Numbered from the stretch's first letter, positions 1 to 9,985 are shown. The stretch: 64,000 nt of DNA from an uncultured Chthonomonadales bacterium (GCA_938005745.1 CALLMM010000003.1:10572-74571), one strand, 5' to 3'. The notes: generated by a model not told the origin, from the sequence alone. A program made the numbers and translations.

Positions 1-2
1 CG

Positions 3-185
3 TGGGGGCATGTGCTGGCGGAGGGGGATGTAACGGAAGAGTGTCTGGTGCGAACGCCCGTGAATCTGGAGGATGTCGCGATCGCGCGCGCCGGTTCGCC
101 GCTGCTGGCGGACCTGGAGGCGACGCTGTCGGATCTGGTCCTGGAGCTGGAGGCGATCGTGCGAAAACCTCATACGATGGAGTGA
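3..185 (+). CDS. 3' end of an upstream gene (last ~60 codons, product not identifiable)
   Basis: Frame 3 is open from the window edge to TGA at 183-185 (WGHVLAEGDVTEE...AIVRKPHTME*). It has the same G/C third-position bias as neighbouring genes. It is below the ORF-track size cutoff and shows no recognisable motif. Confidence 0.4.
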   Translation, partial: WGHVLAEGDVTEECLVRTPVNLEDVAIARAGSPLLADLEATLSDLVLELEAIVRKPHTME

Positions 186-193
186 CGGCTGCA

Positions 194-1057
194 ATGAGTG
201 AACTGCCAGTGATTTCGGCTCCCCGGTTTGATCCGGACAGCAACATCAATCTGGAGGTCAACTGCGAACTGTTGACGGACTGGCTGGTGGAGTTCCTGCG
301 GGATGAGATCATCCGTCGCAGGGGCTTTCGCCGGGCGGTAGTGGGCATCTCAGGCGGAGTAGACTCCTCCCTGACCGCCTTTCTGTGCGCCAGAGCGCTC
401 GGTCCGGAGAACGTCTTCGGGATCAAGATGCCCTATCGCACCAGCAGCGCGGAGAGTCTGGAGCATGCCCAGCTCGTGGTAGACTGTCTCGGCATCCACT
501 GCCGCACCATCGAGATCACGCAGGCGGTGGACGGCTATCTGGCGTTTGAGCCGGAGGCGGACGGACGCCGGCGCGGAAATGTGATGGCGCGCATGCGAAT
601 GATCGTCCTATTCGACCAGTCGGCAAAGCTTCATGCGCTGCCGGTGGGAACGGGCAACAAGACAGAGCGGCTGTTCGGCTACTTCACCTGGCATGCTGAC
701 GACTCTCCGCCCGTGAATCCGCTGGGGGATCTCTTCAAATCGCAGGTGTGGCAGCTTGCCCGCTATCTGGGCGTTCCGGATGTCATCGTGGAGAAGCCCG
801 CCTCGGCGGATCTGATCGTCGGGCAGACCGATGAGAGCGATTTCGGCATCTCCTACAAGAAGGCGGACCGCATTCTCTACTATCTGCTGAAGGGGTACAC
901 GCCGTCCAGACTGGTGGAGATGGGATTTGCCGAGTCGGAGGTGTTGCTGGTGAAGGGAAAGGTGGATTCGACCCACTGGAAGCGGCACCTGCCCACCACC
1001 GCCATGCTTACCTCTACCTCGATCAATGACTACTATCTGCGTCCGGTAGACTATTGA
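194..1057 (+). CDS. nadE: NH3-dependent NAD+ synthetase (PP-loop ATPase)
   Basis: PP-loop motif GISGGVDSS, with NadE-like length and layout. The ATG at 194 (MSELPV...) follows the stop of the upstream gene. The ORF-track N-terminus (2-193) is Gly/Arg-rich read-through of that gene. Confidence 0.9.
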   Translation: MSELPVISAPRFDPDSNINLEVNCELLTDWLVEFLRDEIIRRRGFRRAVVGISGGVDSSLTAFLCARALGPENVFGIKMPYRTSSAESLEHAQLVVDCLGIHCRTIEITQAVDGYLAFEPEADGRRRGNVMARMRMIVLFDQSAKLHALPVGTGNKTERLFGYFTWHADDSPPVNPLGDLFKSQVWQLARYLGVPDVIVEKPASADLIVGQTDESDFGISYKKADRILYYLLKGYTPSRLVEMGFAESEVLLVKGKVDSTHWKRHLPTTAMLTSTSINDYYLRPVDY

Positions 1058-1126
1058 CGGATGATACTGCCGACTGAAGCGGGGGATCCCTTCGGTAAGG
1101 CGCTGTTCACGTCCGGGAGGAAGTCT

Positions 1127-2851
1127 ATGAGTAGATGGATCTTTGTTCTGCTGTCTCTTCTGCTTGCGTCATCCATTGCGGCTCAGCCGAAAGCGGAGAC
1201 CCCGCAGGAGTTCCAGAAACGAACGCGCTGGTGGCAGGAGGCGAAGTTCGGCATGTTCATTCACTGGGGCGTCTATTCCGTGCTGGCGGGGGAATACAAC
1301 GGCAGACGAACGACCGGAATCGCAGAGTGGATCATGCACGACCTGCAGATACCAAAATCGGAGTATGAGAAGTTTCCCCCGAAGTTCAACCCGGTGAAGT
1401 TCAATGCGCGACAGTGGGCGCGGCTGGCGCGGCAGGCGGGGATGAAGTATATCGTCATCACCTCCAAGCATCATGATGGGTTCAATATCTACGACTCAAA
1501 GGCGAACCCCTACAACATCATGCAGGCGACACCGTTCAAACGCGATCCGCTCAGAGAGCTGGCGCAGGCGTGCCGGGCGGAGGGCGTTCGTCTGGGGTTC
1601 TATCACTCCATCATGGATTGGCACCATCCCGACGCCAACGCTGCCGGAACCGAGCGTTATATTCAGGTGATGAAGGCTCAGCTGAAGGAGTTGATCACCC
1701 AGTACGATCCGGCGATCCTCTGGTTCGATGGCGAGTGGGTGGACTGGTGGACGGAGGAGCGGGGCGACGATCTGGAGAGGTATGTGCGTTCGCTGAAACC
1801 CTCCATCATCATCAATAACCGAGTCGGCAAGCGCACACATAAAGACGGCGATCACGAGACACCCGAGCAGGAGATCCCTGCCAGCGCCATTCCCGGCGGA
1901 CGGCTCTGGGAGACCTGCATGACGATGAACGACACCTGGGGCTACTCCCGCTTCGATCATCACTGGAAGTCAACCCGCTCACTGGTGCAGAAGCTGTGCG
2001 ACATCGCGCATAAGGGCGGAAACTTCCTGCTGAATGTGGGTCCCACAGGAGAGGGCGAGATACCGCAGGCGTCCGTCGAGAGGCTGCTGGAGATCGGGCA
2101 GTGGATGTCCCGCAACGGCGAGGCGATCTACGGTACGAAACAGAGTCCCGTCCGACGCCTCTCGTTCAACGGTCGCTGCACGGTAAAAGGGAACACGCTC
2201 TATCTGCATGTCTTCGAGTGGCCCGAAGGAAACCTGCCCGTCACGGGGCTGAGCGCGGCGCCCCATCGGGTGCGCGCACTCGGCACAGGCGAGACTCTGC
2301 CCTTCTCGGTGGTTGAGTCCTCTGAAGGCGGGATGGAACTCTACATCGCGCGTCCGCGCTCGCTGGATCCACTGGTGACGGTGGTTGCGCTGGAGTTCGA
2401 CAGACTCCCGGCGTTCCGCGAGGCGTCCGCCTCCGTGAAGCCGGATGCCGACGGGGCTTTCACGCTTCGGGCGTCAGAGGCGGAGATACACGGACAGACC
2501 GCCCGGTATGAAGAGGGCGGAGGGAAGGACAACATCGGTTTCTGGATCGTTCCACAGGACTATGTTACCTGGAGCATTCAGGCTCCAGGCGCGAAGAGCT
2601 ACCGGGTCGAGATAACCTACGCCTGTCCGCCGGAGGAGGCGGGCAGCGAATTCGAGGTGCAGGCGGGCGATGGTGAGCCGGCGACGGGAACAGTTCAGGC
2701 GACCGGCTCCTGGATTAATTTTCGGAACTTTCCCGTTGGAAGTATCGCGTTGAAGCCCGGCAGGCAGACGATCTCCGTGAAGGTGCGGAAGATGAAGCGC
2801 GATGCGGTGATGAACCTGCAATCTGTGCGACTGATCCCGATACGACAGTAA
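1127..2851 (+). CDS. Secreted alpha-L-fucosidase (GH29) with C-terminal beta-rich (carbohydrate-binding-like) domain
   Basis: GH29 hallmarks FGMFIHWGVYSV and TSKHHDGF. The ATG at 1127 is preceded by GGGAGG and gives a signal peptide MSRWIFVLLSLLLASSIAAQP. About 150 extra C-terminal residues. Confidence 0.9.
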   Translation: MSRWIFVLLSLLLASSIAAQPKAETPQEFQKRTRWWQEAKFGMFIHWGVYSVLAGEYNGRRTTGIAEWIMHDLQIPKSEYEKFPPKFNPVKFNARQWARLARQAGMKYIVITSKHHDGFNIYDSKANPYNIMQATPFKRDPLRELAQACRAEGVRLGFYHSIMDWHHPDANAAGTERYIQVMKAQLKELITQYDPAILWFDGEWVDWWTEERGDDLERYVRSLKPSIIINNRVGKRTHKDGDHETPEQEIPASAIPGGRLWETCMTMNDTWGYSRFDHHWKSTRSLVQKLCDIAHKGGNFLLNVGPTGEGEIPQASVERLLEIGQWMSRNGEAIYGTKQSPVRRLSFNGRCTVKGNTLYLHVFEWPEGNLPVTGLSAAPHRVRALGTGETLPFSVVESSEGGMELYIARPRSLDPLVTVVALEFDRLPAFREASASVKPDADGAFTLRASEAEIHGQTARYEEGGGKDNIGFWIVPQDYVTWSIQAPGAKSYRVEITYACPPEEAGSEFEVQAGDGEPATGTVQATGSWINFRNFPVGSIALKPGRQTISVKVRKMKRDAVMNLQSVRLIPIRQ

Positions 2852-2864
2852 GGGCGCATACATG

Positions 2865-2899
2865 AGAAGAGACAGCCTCTTCAGAAGGCTGTCTCTTCT
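2865..2899. terminator. 13-bp perfect hairpin between convergent genes
   Basis: agaagagacagcc (2865-2877) pairs with ggctgtctcttct (2887-2899), with a 9-nt loop. It lies between the fucosidase stop (2851) and the stop of the minus-strand gene (2904). There is no clear U-tract on either strand. Confidence 0.5.
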
Positions 2900-2903
2900 T
2901 CTG

Positions 2904-3635
2904 TCAGTTTCGATCTCGATCGCGTCGGATCCTCTCGCCGCACATCGGACAGAAACGCCATTCTTGCCTCAAGGAATACCGGCAGGATCGGCAGAAGCCG
3001 TAGTCGTCGGTATCCCCGATCCTTCTTCCGCGATGATCCACGCGAATCCGCGTGCGCGGATAGAGCGTAACCATATTCTGAGCGGTTACCTCCACGCGCA
3101 GATCGGCGACATTCGCCAGACGCTGAAGCACATTCCAGAGCGGCTCCTGCTTGCTGACGATGGTAACCCGATACTCCGCCGGGATGTCTCGATCCAGACG
3201 GATGGCAACCCGCGCCTGCTGCCCCAGTACGCGCACAATCTCGGCGATAGGGCGTTCTCTGGCGGAGATGTCCACCAACGTTCGGAAGGCGGGGGGCACG
3301 TTCCGGTCCATGTTCGAATAGATGACAAAGTTTCTGCCATCCATACGGAAGGAGGCTCCGACCTGATCCAGGATCATGGTGAGCGCGCGTTCAATCCTCT
3401 GGTTCTCAAACTGTACGCTGATGACGCCCCGCACATCGGTATCCATCTGGTAGCTGTATCTTCCGATGCTGTTGAAAATGTCCTCGATGACGCGCCGAAC
3501 ATCTACGCGCCGAGCGTCTACGCTGATGGTATCCGTCACGCGATTATATCGGACAATCGCTGTCTGTGCGGAGACCGGGCGACCCGCCGTCAAACAGAGA
3601 GCAAGCATTATCAGCAGGCTGATCGCTGTTCGCAT
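2904..3635 (-). CDS. Signal-peptide/anchor protein with two STN/secretin-N-like repeats and a C-terminal zinc ribbon
   Basis: N-terminus MRTAISLLIMLALCLTAGRPVSAQ. Two ~70-aa repeats have the pattern of secretin/TonB N-terminal short domains (...VRGVISVQFENQRIERALTMILDQVGASF... and ...RVTIVSKQEPLWNVLQRLANVADLRV...). The C-terminus is CRSCRYSLRQEWRFCPMCGERI. Confidence 0.7.
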   Translation of the reverse strand: MRTAISLLIMLALCLTAGRPVSAQTAIVRYNRVTDTISVDARRVDVRRVIEDIFNSIGRYSYQMDTDVRGVISVQFENQRIERALTMILDQVGASFRMDGRNFVIYSNMDRNVPPAFRTLVDISARERPIAEIVRVLGQQARVAIRLDRDIPAEYRVTIVSKQEPLWNVLQRLANVADLRVEVTAQNMVTLYPRTRIRVDHRGRRIGDTDDYGFCRSCRYSLRQEWRFCPMCGERIRRDRDRN

Positions 3636-3741
3636 ACTTGTACTTCCTTCCTCTGACTGTCATCTATCGTTAGACGCAGCACAGCCTTAAGCCGTTACAG
3701 AACGACTATCTATCCTGTATCTACGCCTTTTCGCTCTATTC

Positions 3742-4647
3742 GTGACGAACTCGAATGAAACGATTGTCATCGCGCCAGAGGGGTGTTATGATATGCTGAA
3801 TGATTTCAGCGAGGAGGGAGCTGTTACGATGAATCCGGCTCTGCTGCCGACGGATGACGATATACGCTTTTTCCAGGAGAACGGCTTCTGGATCGCGCCA
3901 AAGCTGTTTGACGACGATCTGATCGCGCAGGCGCATGAGCACATGGAGATGCTGCTGCGAGAGGAGTATGAGAAGGGCGAGAAGCCGCTCAGTAACTACC
4001 GCCCCAGCGGGGATGCGGCGAAGGGGCTGGTGAAGATAGATAACGGCTGGTGGGCGGACCGCGTCTTTGAAACATTTGCCACCAGCCCTGTTCTGGGTAG
4101 AATCGCCTCCATGCTGCTGCAGGTTCCGGAGATCTACCTCTGGCATGATCAGGTGCTCTATAAGCCCGGCGACAGCCAGGCAGCCGGAAACGTGGGCTGG
4201 CATCAGGACAAGGGCTACTGGGCGTCCGCCAGCACCAGTGATATGCTGACCGCCTGGATCGCTTTTGACCATGTCAACGAGATGAACGGCTGTATGCGAT
4301 TTGTCGCGGGAAGCAATCACTGGGGACTGGTCAACGAGAGCGACTTCTTCAATCCCGATATGGAGGGGCAGCGCGAAAGGATGCGGATCCCCGGAGGCGC
4401 GGAGTGGCGGGAGGTTCCGGCGATACTGGAGCCGGGACAGGTCAGCTTCCATCACTGCATGACCCTGCACGGCAGCGGACCCAACCGCACCGATCGCCCG
4501 CGACGCTCCATCGCCGTTCATCTGATGTCCGGCGAGACGCGCATGGTCAAAGGCAATAAGCATGTCAACGAGGAGATCTTCGGGGGAGAGGATGGGGAAC
4601 TCTATCGCGGACCGCGTTTTCCCAGACTGTGGCCCCCCGTCGAGTAG
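3742..4647 (+). CDS. Phytanoyl-CoA dioxygenase (PhyH) family Fe(II)/2-oxoglutarate oxygenase
   Basis: HxD motif in WHQDKGYW, a distal His in HHCMTLHGSGPN, and RRSIAVH. The start is uncertain: GTG 3742, ATG 3793, or ATG 3829 (preceded by GGAGGGAG). A weak promoter-like TTACAG-N17-TATCTA lies at 3695-3723. Confidence 0.8.
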   Translation: MTNSNETIVIAPEGCYDMLNDFSEEGAVTMNPALLPTDDDIRFFQENGFWIAPKLFDDDLIAQAHEHMEMLLREEYEKGEKPLSNYRPSGDAAKGLVKIDNGWWADRVFETFATSPVLGRIASMLLQVPEIYLWHDQVLYKPGDSQAAGNVGWHQDKGYWASASTSDMLTAWIAFDHVNEMNGCMRFVAGSNHWGLVNESDFFNPDMEGQRERMRIPGGAEWREVPAILEPGQVSFHHCMTLHGSGPNRTDRPRRSIAVHLMSGETRMVKGNKHVNEEIFGGEDGELYRGPRFPRLWPPVE

Positions 4648-4656
4648 GAGCCGGTC

Positions 4657-5610
4657 TCAGTAGCCCAGCTCAGGGTCCACCCGATTCCTGAGCGGTTCGC
4701 CGTTGAGATACCGGCGCAGGTTTTCGATAAAGATGTCGGTTACCCAGCGGCTGTTGAAGGGACTCGCGCCGCTGGTGTGCTGCGTCAGAATCACATTGGG
4801 AAGCGACCAGAGCGGATGATCTGCGGGAAGCGGCTCCGGGTCGGTTACGTCCAGCCCCGCTCCCGTGATCCAGCCCTCCTGCAGAGCGCGCACGAGCGGC
4901 TCAGCGGCGATGGACGGACCGCGTCCGGCGTTGTAGAGATAGGCGGTCGGCTTCATCTGCCGCAGCTCCGCCTCGCCGATGTAGGCGATCGTCTCGTCGG
5001 TGAGGGGCAGGCAGAGAGCGACATGATCCGCCTGCGCCAGCGCTTCACCTATCTCCTCTCGACGATAGACCCGTTCTACGCCGGGCGGCGGGGGCAGCGG
5101 GCGTCTGCGTATCCCGAACACGCGCATCCCGAGCGCAGAGGCTCTGCGTGCGAGCGTTGCGCCGAGGTCGCCCAGCCCGATCACCAGCAACGTCTGACCC
5201 TCCAGCGTGAACTTCTCTTTCCAGACCAGTTCGGGAGACCACTCTCTCTCTTTCTGCAACTGCAGCAGGGTCGGAAGTCGTATGGCGAACGCCAGCATGA
5301 GCGCGAGAATGTTCTCAGCGATGGGGATGCCGTGCGCTCCGCTCGCATTGGTGAGGAGGATGTTTCGCGCCATGATCGCCGCGATCGGCAGGTGATTGGT
5401 TCCGGCGGAGCGCGTCTGTATCCACTTCAGTCGTTCCGCTCTCTCCAGCAGGTCCGCCGAGATATGCCCGCCGAAGATCGCCTCCCCTTCCGCAATGACG
5501 GATTGTATCGCCTCCTCATGAAACGCCTCGAGGAACTCCACCTCCGGAAAAGCGCGCCGCAGTCGTTCGCCGTCCTCCGGCTTCAGTTGGGTCGCCAGTA
5601 TGACTTTCAT
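4657..5610 (-). CDS. D-isomer-specific 2-hydroxyacid dehydrogenase (glyoxylate/hydroxypyruvate reductase-like)
   Basis: NAD-binding GLGDLGATLARRASALGMRVFG, catalytic region ...LTQHTSG..., and family-typical length of 317 aa. Confidence 0.9.
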   Translation of the reverse strand: MKVILATQLKPEDGERLRRAFPEVEFLEAFHEEAIQSVIAEGEAIFGGHISADLLERAERLKWIQTRSAGTNHLPIAAIMARNILLTNASGAHGIPIAENILALMLAFAIRLPTLLQLQKEREWSPELVWKEKFTLEGQTLLVIGLGDLGATLARRASALGMRVFGIRRRPLPPPPGVERVYRREEIGEALAQADHVALCLPLTDETIAYIGEAELRQMKPTAYLYNAGRGPSIAAEPLVRALQEGWITGAGLDVTDPEPLPADHPLWSLPNVILTQHTSGASPFNSRWVTDIFIENLRRYLNGEPLRNRVDPELGY

Positions 5611-5618
5611 GGGTCTTC

Positions 5619-7025
5619 CTACAGGCGTATGAATCGAATTCCGGAGAAGTCCAGCAGGATGCCTGCCACCCGCGACTCCGCCGAGTAGGCAAGAGCATCG
5701 GCGTCACCCAGAGCGGCGCAAGGAACGGAAATCTCGATACGATTGCCCTCGACACTTCCGAGGACCTCCGCCTGAGACTCTATTCGCCTTCCCCGGACGG
5801 TGATCTGGATCAGGCGATCTTCCGAGCAGGATCCCCGGGAGGAGAGCGGTCGCAGCAGTATCCGAAATCCGATGCGGTCGGCGATCTCCCGACGTGTATC
5901 TATGCGAAGATGGATCGTCTCCCGCGAGCGGGATGCAAAGGCCGCCGTGATGTCACCGCCGCCGTCCATCTCGCGCAGCAGGTTGTCGCGGATAGGGTCT
6001 CGCTGCACGCATTTCAACTCGGAGGAGGGGTCTCTGTCATGCGGAAGGCGTGGCGATTCGATCTGCGCAAACGGCTCGGAGGATCGGATGAAAGAGAGCA
6101 GGAACGATCTCATCACCGATACCTGGCTGTCATGCTTCAGGATGCTTCTACGCTTGTTTTCGACCTGTTCCGGGGTGAGCGTGACTGCCTGCCATTCCCT
6201 ATCCAGATGGAGCATATTTCTGGGCGGGACCAGACGATCGCTGCAGTGCAGACCGCGGGGAACGGGCCAGTCCCCGCGATGGATCAGATAGTGGTGCAGC
6301 CGAACCGTCTCCGGCACAGTCTCCCGGCTCTGCAGCCTGAGCAGCGCCGCCGTAACGAAAGCGGAAGCAGCAGCATGATCGGAATGGTCATCAGATGGAT
6401 GCGTGACGAAGATGTCGGTGGGGCGATACTCCGCGATAATCCGCTCTACATCGCGCAGTACATTCTCGCCGCAGTAGAGCGCGCTCGGGGAGAAGGTGTG
6501 CGCGTAGCGGCTGAAGTTTGACCGGGTAAAGGGCGAGGTGTAGGGAGCAGATGAGGACCAGTTATCAGTCCAGAGCTTCATCAGCCCCCGGTCGGGATAG
6601 CCGAGGAATATCAGGTTCTCCCGCGATACGCCGAGATTTTCGACCGCCTGAACGGTCTCTCGTTGACGCAGCTCGCCGAAGCGAATCATCTCCTCCGGTT
6701 CAATGTTCAGTCTGCGGAATTCGCGTTCGGCGGCGACCCGGAATCCGTCGCCATTGGTCATGATGACGATCCGCACCGGTGCGCCCGCCTGTCGCGCCTG
6801 CTGAATGACTCCTCCGCATCCCAGCGTCTCATCATCGGGATGAGGAGAGAAGATCAGGTAGCGAGACTGCGCGGAAGGGGCGGGAAAGGCGGAGAGCTGG
6901 ATGCCTGCGCGGGAGCCGTTTTCGTGGTGGTGGCGATAGAGATAGCGCGCGCTGGCGGTTCCCAGATAGATTCCGGGAAGCAGAAGCAGCACTAATAGAA
7001 TGCGTCGCAGCACGATGATCTTCAC
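5619..7025 (-). CDS. PIG-L/LmbE family deacetylase with N-terminal TM helix and extra C-terminal domain
   Basis: Motifs SPHPDDETLGCGG and HPSDDHSDH. The ORF-track start (7082) lies inside the tRNA gene. An in-frame GTG at 7025 (VKIIVLRRILLVLLLLPG...) is the first start outside it. Confidence 0.8.
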   Translation of the reverse strand: MKIIVLRRILLVLLLLPGIYLGTASARYLYRHHHENGSRAGIQLSAFPAPSAQSRYLIFSPHPDDETLGCGGVIQQARQAGAPVRIVIMTNGDGFRVAAEREFRRLNIEPEEMIRFGELRQRETVQAVENLGVSRENLIFLGYPDRGLMKLWTDNWSSSAPYTSPFTRSNFSRYAHTFSPSALYCGENVLRDVERIIAEYRPTDIFVTHPSDDHSDHAAASAFVTAALLRLQSRETVPETVRLHHYLIHRGDWPVPRGLHCSDRLVPPRNMLHLDREWQAVTLTPEQVENKRRSILKHDSQVSVMRSFLLSFIRSSEPFAQIESPRLPHDRDPSSELKCVQRDPIRDNLLREMDGGGDITAAFASRSRETIHLRIDTRREIADRIGFRILLRPLSSRGSCSEDRLIQITVRGRRIESQAEVLGSVEGNRIEISVPCAALGDADALAYSAESRVAGILLDFSGIRFIRL

Positions 7026-7057
7026 GGGCGCCTCGGCAAGCAAGAGAGGGGAGGGAG

Positions 7058-7147
7058 CGGAGCGAGTGGGATTCGAACCCACGAACAGGTTTTACCCCGT
7101 TACACGATTTCCAGTCGTGCTCCTTAGGCCAGCTCGGACATCGCTCC
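7058..7147 (-). tRNA. tRNA-Ser (anticodon GGA), long variable arm, no encoded CCA
   Basis: The reverse complement reads GGAGCGA-TG-...-CACGA-CTGGAAA-TCGTG-(variable arm AACGGG/CCTGTT)-GTGGG-TTCGAAT-CCCAC-TCGCTCC-G. It has a 7-bp acceptor stem, a T-loop TTCGAAT, and an anticodon loop with U33 and A37 flanking GGA. Confidence 0.92.
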
Positions 7148-7240
7148 GCGTCGTCATATGCGGGGTGTAGTATAGCAAAGCCCGGAGGAAAAAGTCAAGA
7201 TTTCAGACGACCAGGGAGGCTCTTCCATCCGGACTCGCGT

Positions 7241-8506
7241 TCAGGCGCGGTAGGCTTCATCCAGTAACTCGATGGGATGCCTGACGGTGATCGCGCTTCC
7301 GCGCTCCTTCAGCCCCTGATGTATCCATGCCAGACAGCCGGGATTGCCCGTGGCGATGACGGCTGCTCCCGTCTCGAGGATGAAATCTATCTTTCGCTGC
7401 TGCAGCTTCTTTGCCATCGTCGGCTGGGTCAGGTTGTATATCCCTGCGCTGCCACAGCATGTATCCGATTCGGGCAGGTCTACCAGTTCCAGCCCGGGGA
7501 TGGACTGGAGCATCTTGCGGGGCGGAGCCGTGATCTTCTGACCGTGCGCCAGATGGCAGGCGTCATGGTAGGCGACCCGCAGGTTCAGCGAACCCTTCGG
7601 CGGGCGCAGTCCCAGCTCCATCAGGTACTCCGAGATGTCCCGGACTTTCGCGGCGAACCGACGGGCGCGCTCCGCGTAGAGCGAATCGTCTGCCAGAAGA
7701 TCGCCGTATTCCTTGAGGGTTGAGCCGCATCCCGCCGAGTTGACGATGAAGGCGTCCATTTCGACCGACTCCAGCGCATCCAGCAGCGTTCTGGCGCGCT
7801 GACGGGCATCCTCCAGATATCCATTATGCACATGCAGCGCGCCGCAGCAGCCCGCCGACCGCGGAACCAGCACCTCGCATCCGTTCTGCTGCAGAACGCG
7901 AACGGTCGCCTCATTGGTATCGTGATAGAGAACGCGCATGACGCATCCCGCCAGCATGGCGACCGTGGCGCGCTTCTCTCCGATGGCAGGGTTGATCTCG
8001 GGCAGCGTTCCGACGGAGACTTTCTCGGGAACCGCAGGCAGCGTAACGGGCGCGCTCGCCGAACCGGTCAGCATCTCGGCGGCAAAGGAGGGCATGTAAC
8101 GCTGATGACCGTTAGAGCCTCCCAGAACCTGCGCCGCTTTCAGGGTGGCGGAGAAGAGTCGGGGATTGGTCAGCGTGTTTAGGAGCTGACGCCTGGCAAA
8201 CCGCTGAAGTCCGGGACGCTGTCCGCGCTCCTCGATCTCCGTCCGGAACTCCTCCAGGATGCTGGCGTACTGAACGCCGGAGGGACAAGCGGTCTCGCAG
8301 GCGCGGCATCCCAGACAGGCGTCTATGTGCTTCATCACATCCTGATCCAGCGGGATCACGTTCTCCGCGACGGATCGCATCAGATAGATGCGTCCGCGGG
8401 GCGAATCGGCTTCATTTCCCGTCAGACGGAATGTCGGGCAGGCATCCAGACAGAACCCGCATCGAATGCACTTTACCGCTTTCTCTTCCACCGAACTGTG
8501 CATCAT
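7241..8506 (-). CDS. glcF: Glycolate oxidase iron-sulfur subunit
   Basis: Two 4Fe-4S motifs (CIRCGFCLDACPTF and CLGCRACETACPSGV) followed by two Cys-rich CCG-type regions (GCCGALH, DTCCGSAG). It sits directly downstream of glcE. Confidence 0.85.
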   Translation of the reverse strand: MMHSSVEEKAVKCIRCGFCLDACPTFRLTGNEADSPRGRIYLMRSVAENVIPLDQDVMKHIDACLGCRACETACPSGVQYASILEEFRTEIEERGQRPGLQRFARRQLLNTLTNPRLFSATLKAAQVLGGSNGHQRYMPSFAAEMLTGSASAPVTLPAVPEKVSVGTLPEINPAIGEKRATVAMLAGCVMRVLYHDTNEATVRVLQQNGCEVLVPRSAGCCGALHVHNGYLEDARQRARTLLDALESVEMDAFIVNSAGCGSTLKEYGDLLADDSLYAERARRFAAKVRDISEYLMELGLRPPKGSLNLRVAYHDACHLAHGQKITAPPRKMLQSIPGLELVDLPESDTCCGSAGIYNLTQPTMAKKLQQRKIDFILETGAAVIATGNPGCLAWIHQGLKERGSAITVRHPIELLDEAYRA

Positions 8507-8530
8507 TCGCTCCCGTTTACAGTCAACAGC

Positions 8531-9844
8531 CTACAGTCTGCCGATAAAACGCCCCGGACTGAAGAGACGATGCGGGTCGAGGGTTCTCTTTATCCCCCGC
8601 ATGAGCGCAAAGTCCGCGCGGGGCGCGCCCCACACATCTATCTCCGCTTTCAAAACTGGCGGAAGCCGTGTCCAGACCAGATGCCCTCCCTGCGGGATGG
8701 ATCGCTGTAAGCGCCAGATCGGACCGTTTATGTCGCGGGGATGAGCCGTCGCGGTCTCTTGGGGCAGCGCAGCCTCCAGTATCCCGGTCGGCACATGGCA
8801 CAGCGCCGATGCGCCCAGAGAGATCAGGAGTTTCAGAGCATCAGGCGTTTCTGTGGGGCGTACCGTCATCCTGACCTGCACCGGAGAGGGATGATTGACG
8901 ATGTAACGCCGGATGTCGGAATCGGTCCATCCCGCTTCGGACCGCTGAAGCCCGTGCTCCATGAGCAGATCGGTGATCGCCTTCTCCTGCCACTCTGTCG
9001 CTTCCCGGCTGCCGATCAAGCCCACATAGAGATAGGTCCCTTCGTGGCAGGCAATGCTCAGGCTCGCCGGCTGAAACCGCGCGGTATGGACAGCCAGGGC
9101 AGCCGTCGCCGCACGCTGTGTGTCGGGCGCGGAAAAGAGAAGATGCGCCTGTCGCTCCGGAAGGGGATTGGTCTTGAAGGTTACCTCTGTGATCAGTCCG
9201 AGCGTGCCGAACGAGCCGGTGAACAGCTTGCACAGGTCGTATCCGGCGACATTCTTCACGACCTTTCCTCCGCCCTTCACCATCGTTTTGTTTCCTATCG
9301 CCACACGAAGACCGAGCAGCCTGTCTCTCGGAGTTCCAAAGCCGGGGCGAAGCAGTCCCTGTCGGTTGGCGGCGACAATGCCGCCGAGTGTCGTTCGATC
9401 CTCACAGGGAGGATCGAAGGGCAGGAACTGGTTCTGCTCCCGGAGCGTTTTCTGAAGCTCCGCCAGAGGCATCCCCGACTGAACCGTGACCACCATATCC
9501 GGGGGTGAGTACTCCAGCAGGCGATTCATCTGCCCGGTATGCAGGGCAGCCCAGCGTCGCGCCTCCAGCAGATTGCCCTGCTGGATATCGGTTCCGCCGC
9601 CCCAGGGAACCAGCGCGATCCCGTTGCTGTGAGCCTGTTGAATAATCTGCAGGCACTCCTCTTCGGAGGAGGGCGCTGCCAGAAAATCTGCAGGCTTTTC
9701 GTCCAGAACGAACGACTCCCTGCGGGCGTCTTCAGCGCAGATCAGGCTGGTTATGGGAGAGTGGCTTTCAGTGGCGCTCATGATGTGTGATCCTGCTTTC
9801 GCCATCGGGCGAACGGCGCGAATAACGGTAAAGATGGTCTGCAA
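8531..9844 (-). CDS. glcE: Glycolate oxidase FAD-binding subunit
   Basis: FAD-binding PCMH-type domain (ALVPWGGGTDIQ, KNVAGYDL) and position between glcD and glcF. The start could also be ATG 9805 or 9781 (MSATESH...). Confidence 0.8.
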   Translation of the reverse strand: MQTIFTVIRAVRPMAKAGSHIMSATESHSPITSLICAEDARRESFVLDEKPADFLAAPSSEEECLQIIQQAHSNGIALVPWGGGTDIQQGNLLEARRWAALHTGQMNRLLEYSPPDMVVTVQSGMPLAELQKTLREQNQFLPFDPPCEDRTTLGGIVAANRQGLLRPGFGTPRDRLLGLRVAIGNKTMVKGGGKVVKNVAGYDLCKLFTGSFGTLGLITEVTFKTNPLPERQAHLLFSAPDTQRAATAALAVHTARFQPASLSIACHEGTYLYVGLIGSREATEWQEKAITDLLMEHGLQRSEAGWTDSDIRRYIVNHPSPVQVRMTVRPTETPDALKLLISLGASALCHVPTGILEAALPQETATAHPRDINGPIWRLQRSIPQGGHLVWTRLPPVLKAEIDVWGAPRADFALMRGIKRTLDPHRLFSPGRFIGRL

Positions 9845-9985
9845 AAGTGCCGATCAGTCTATTGAAAAAATCCTCGTAAAAACGTCAGCCGGGATGGAAA
9901 AACCTGATAGGTCGGACGACGCGATGTGCGTTGATCTGATCCCGAAAAGCAGGAAAGAGCGACGCAGGGTCGCGGGAATTCCGCC

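Noticed and set aside
7026-7082. ORF-track start of the PIG-L deacetylase gene at 7082
   Set aside because: Codons 1-19 lie partly inside the tRNA-Ser gene (7058-7147) on the same strand. The in-frame GTG at 7025 is the first start outside the tRNA.
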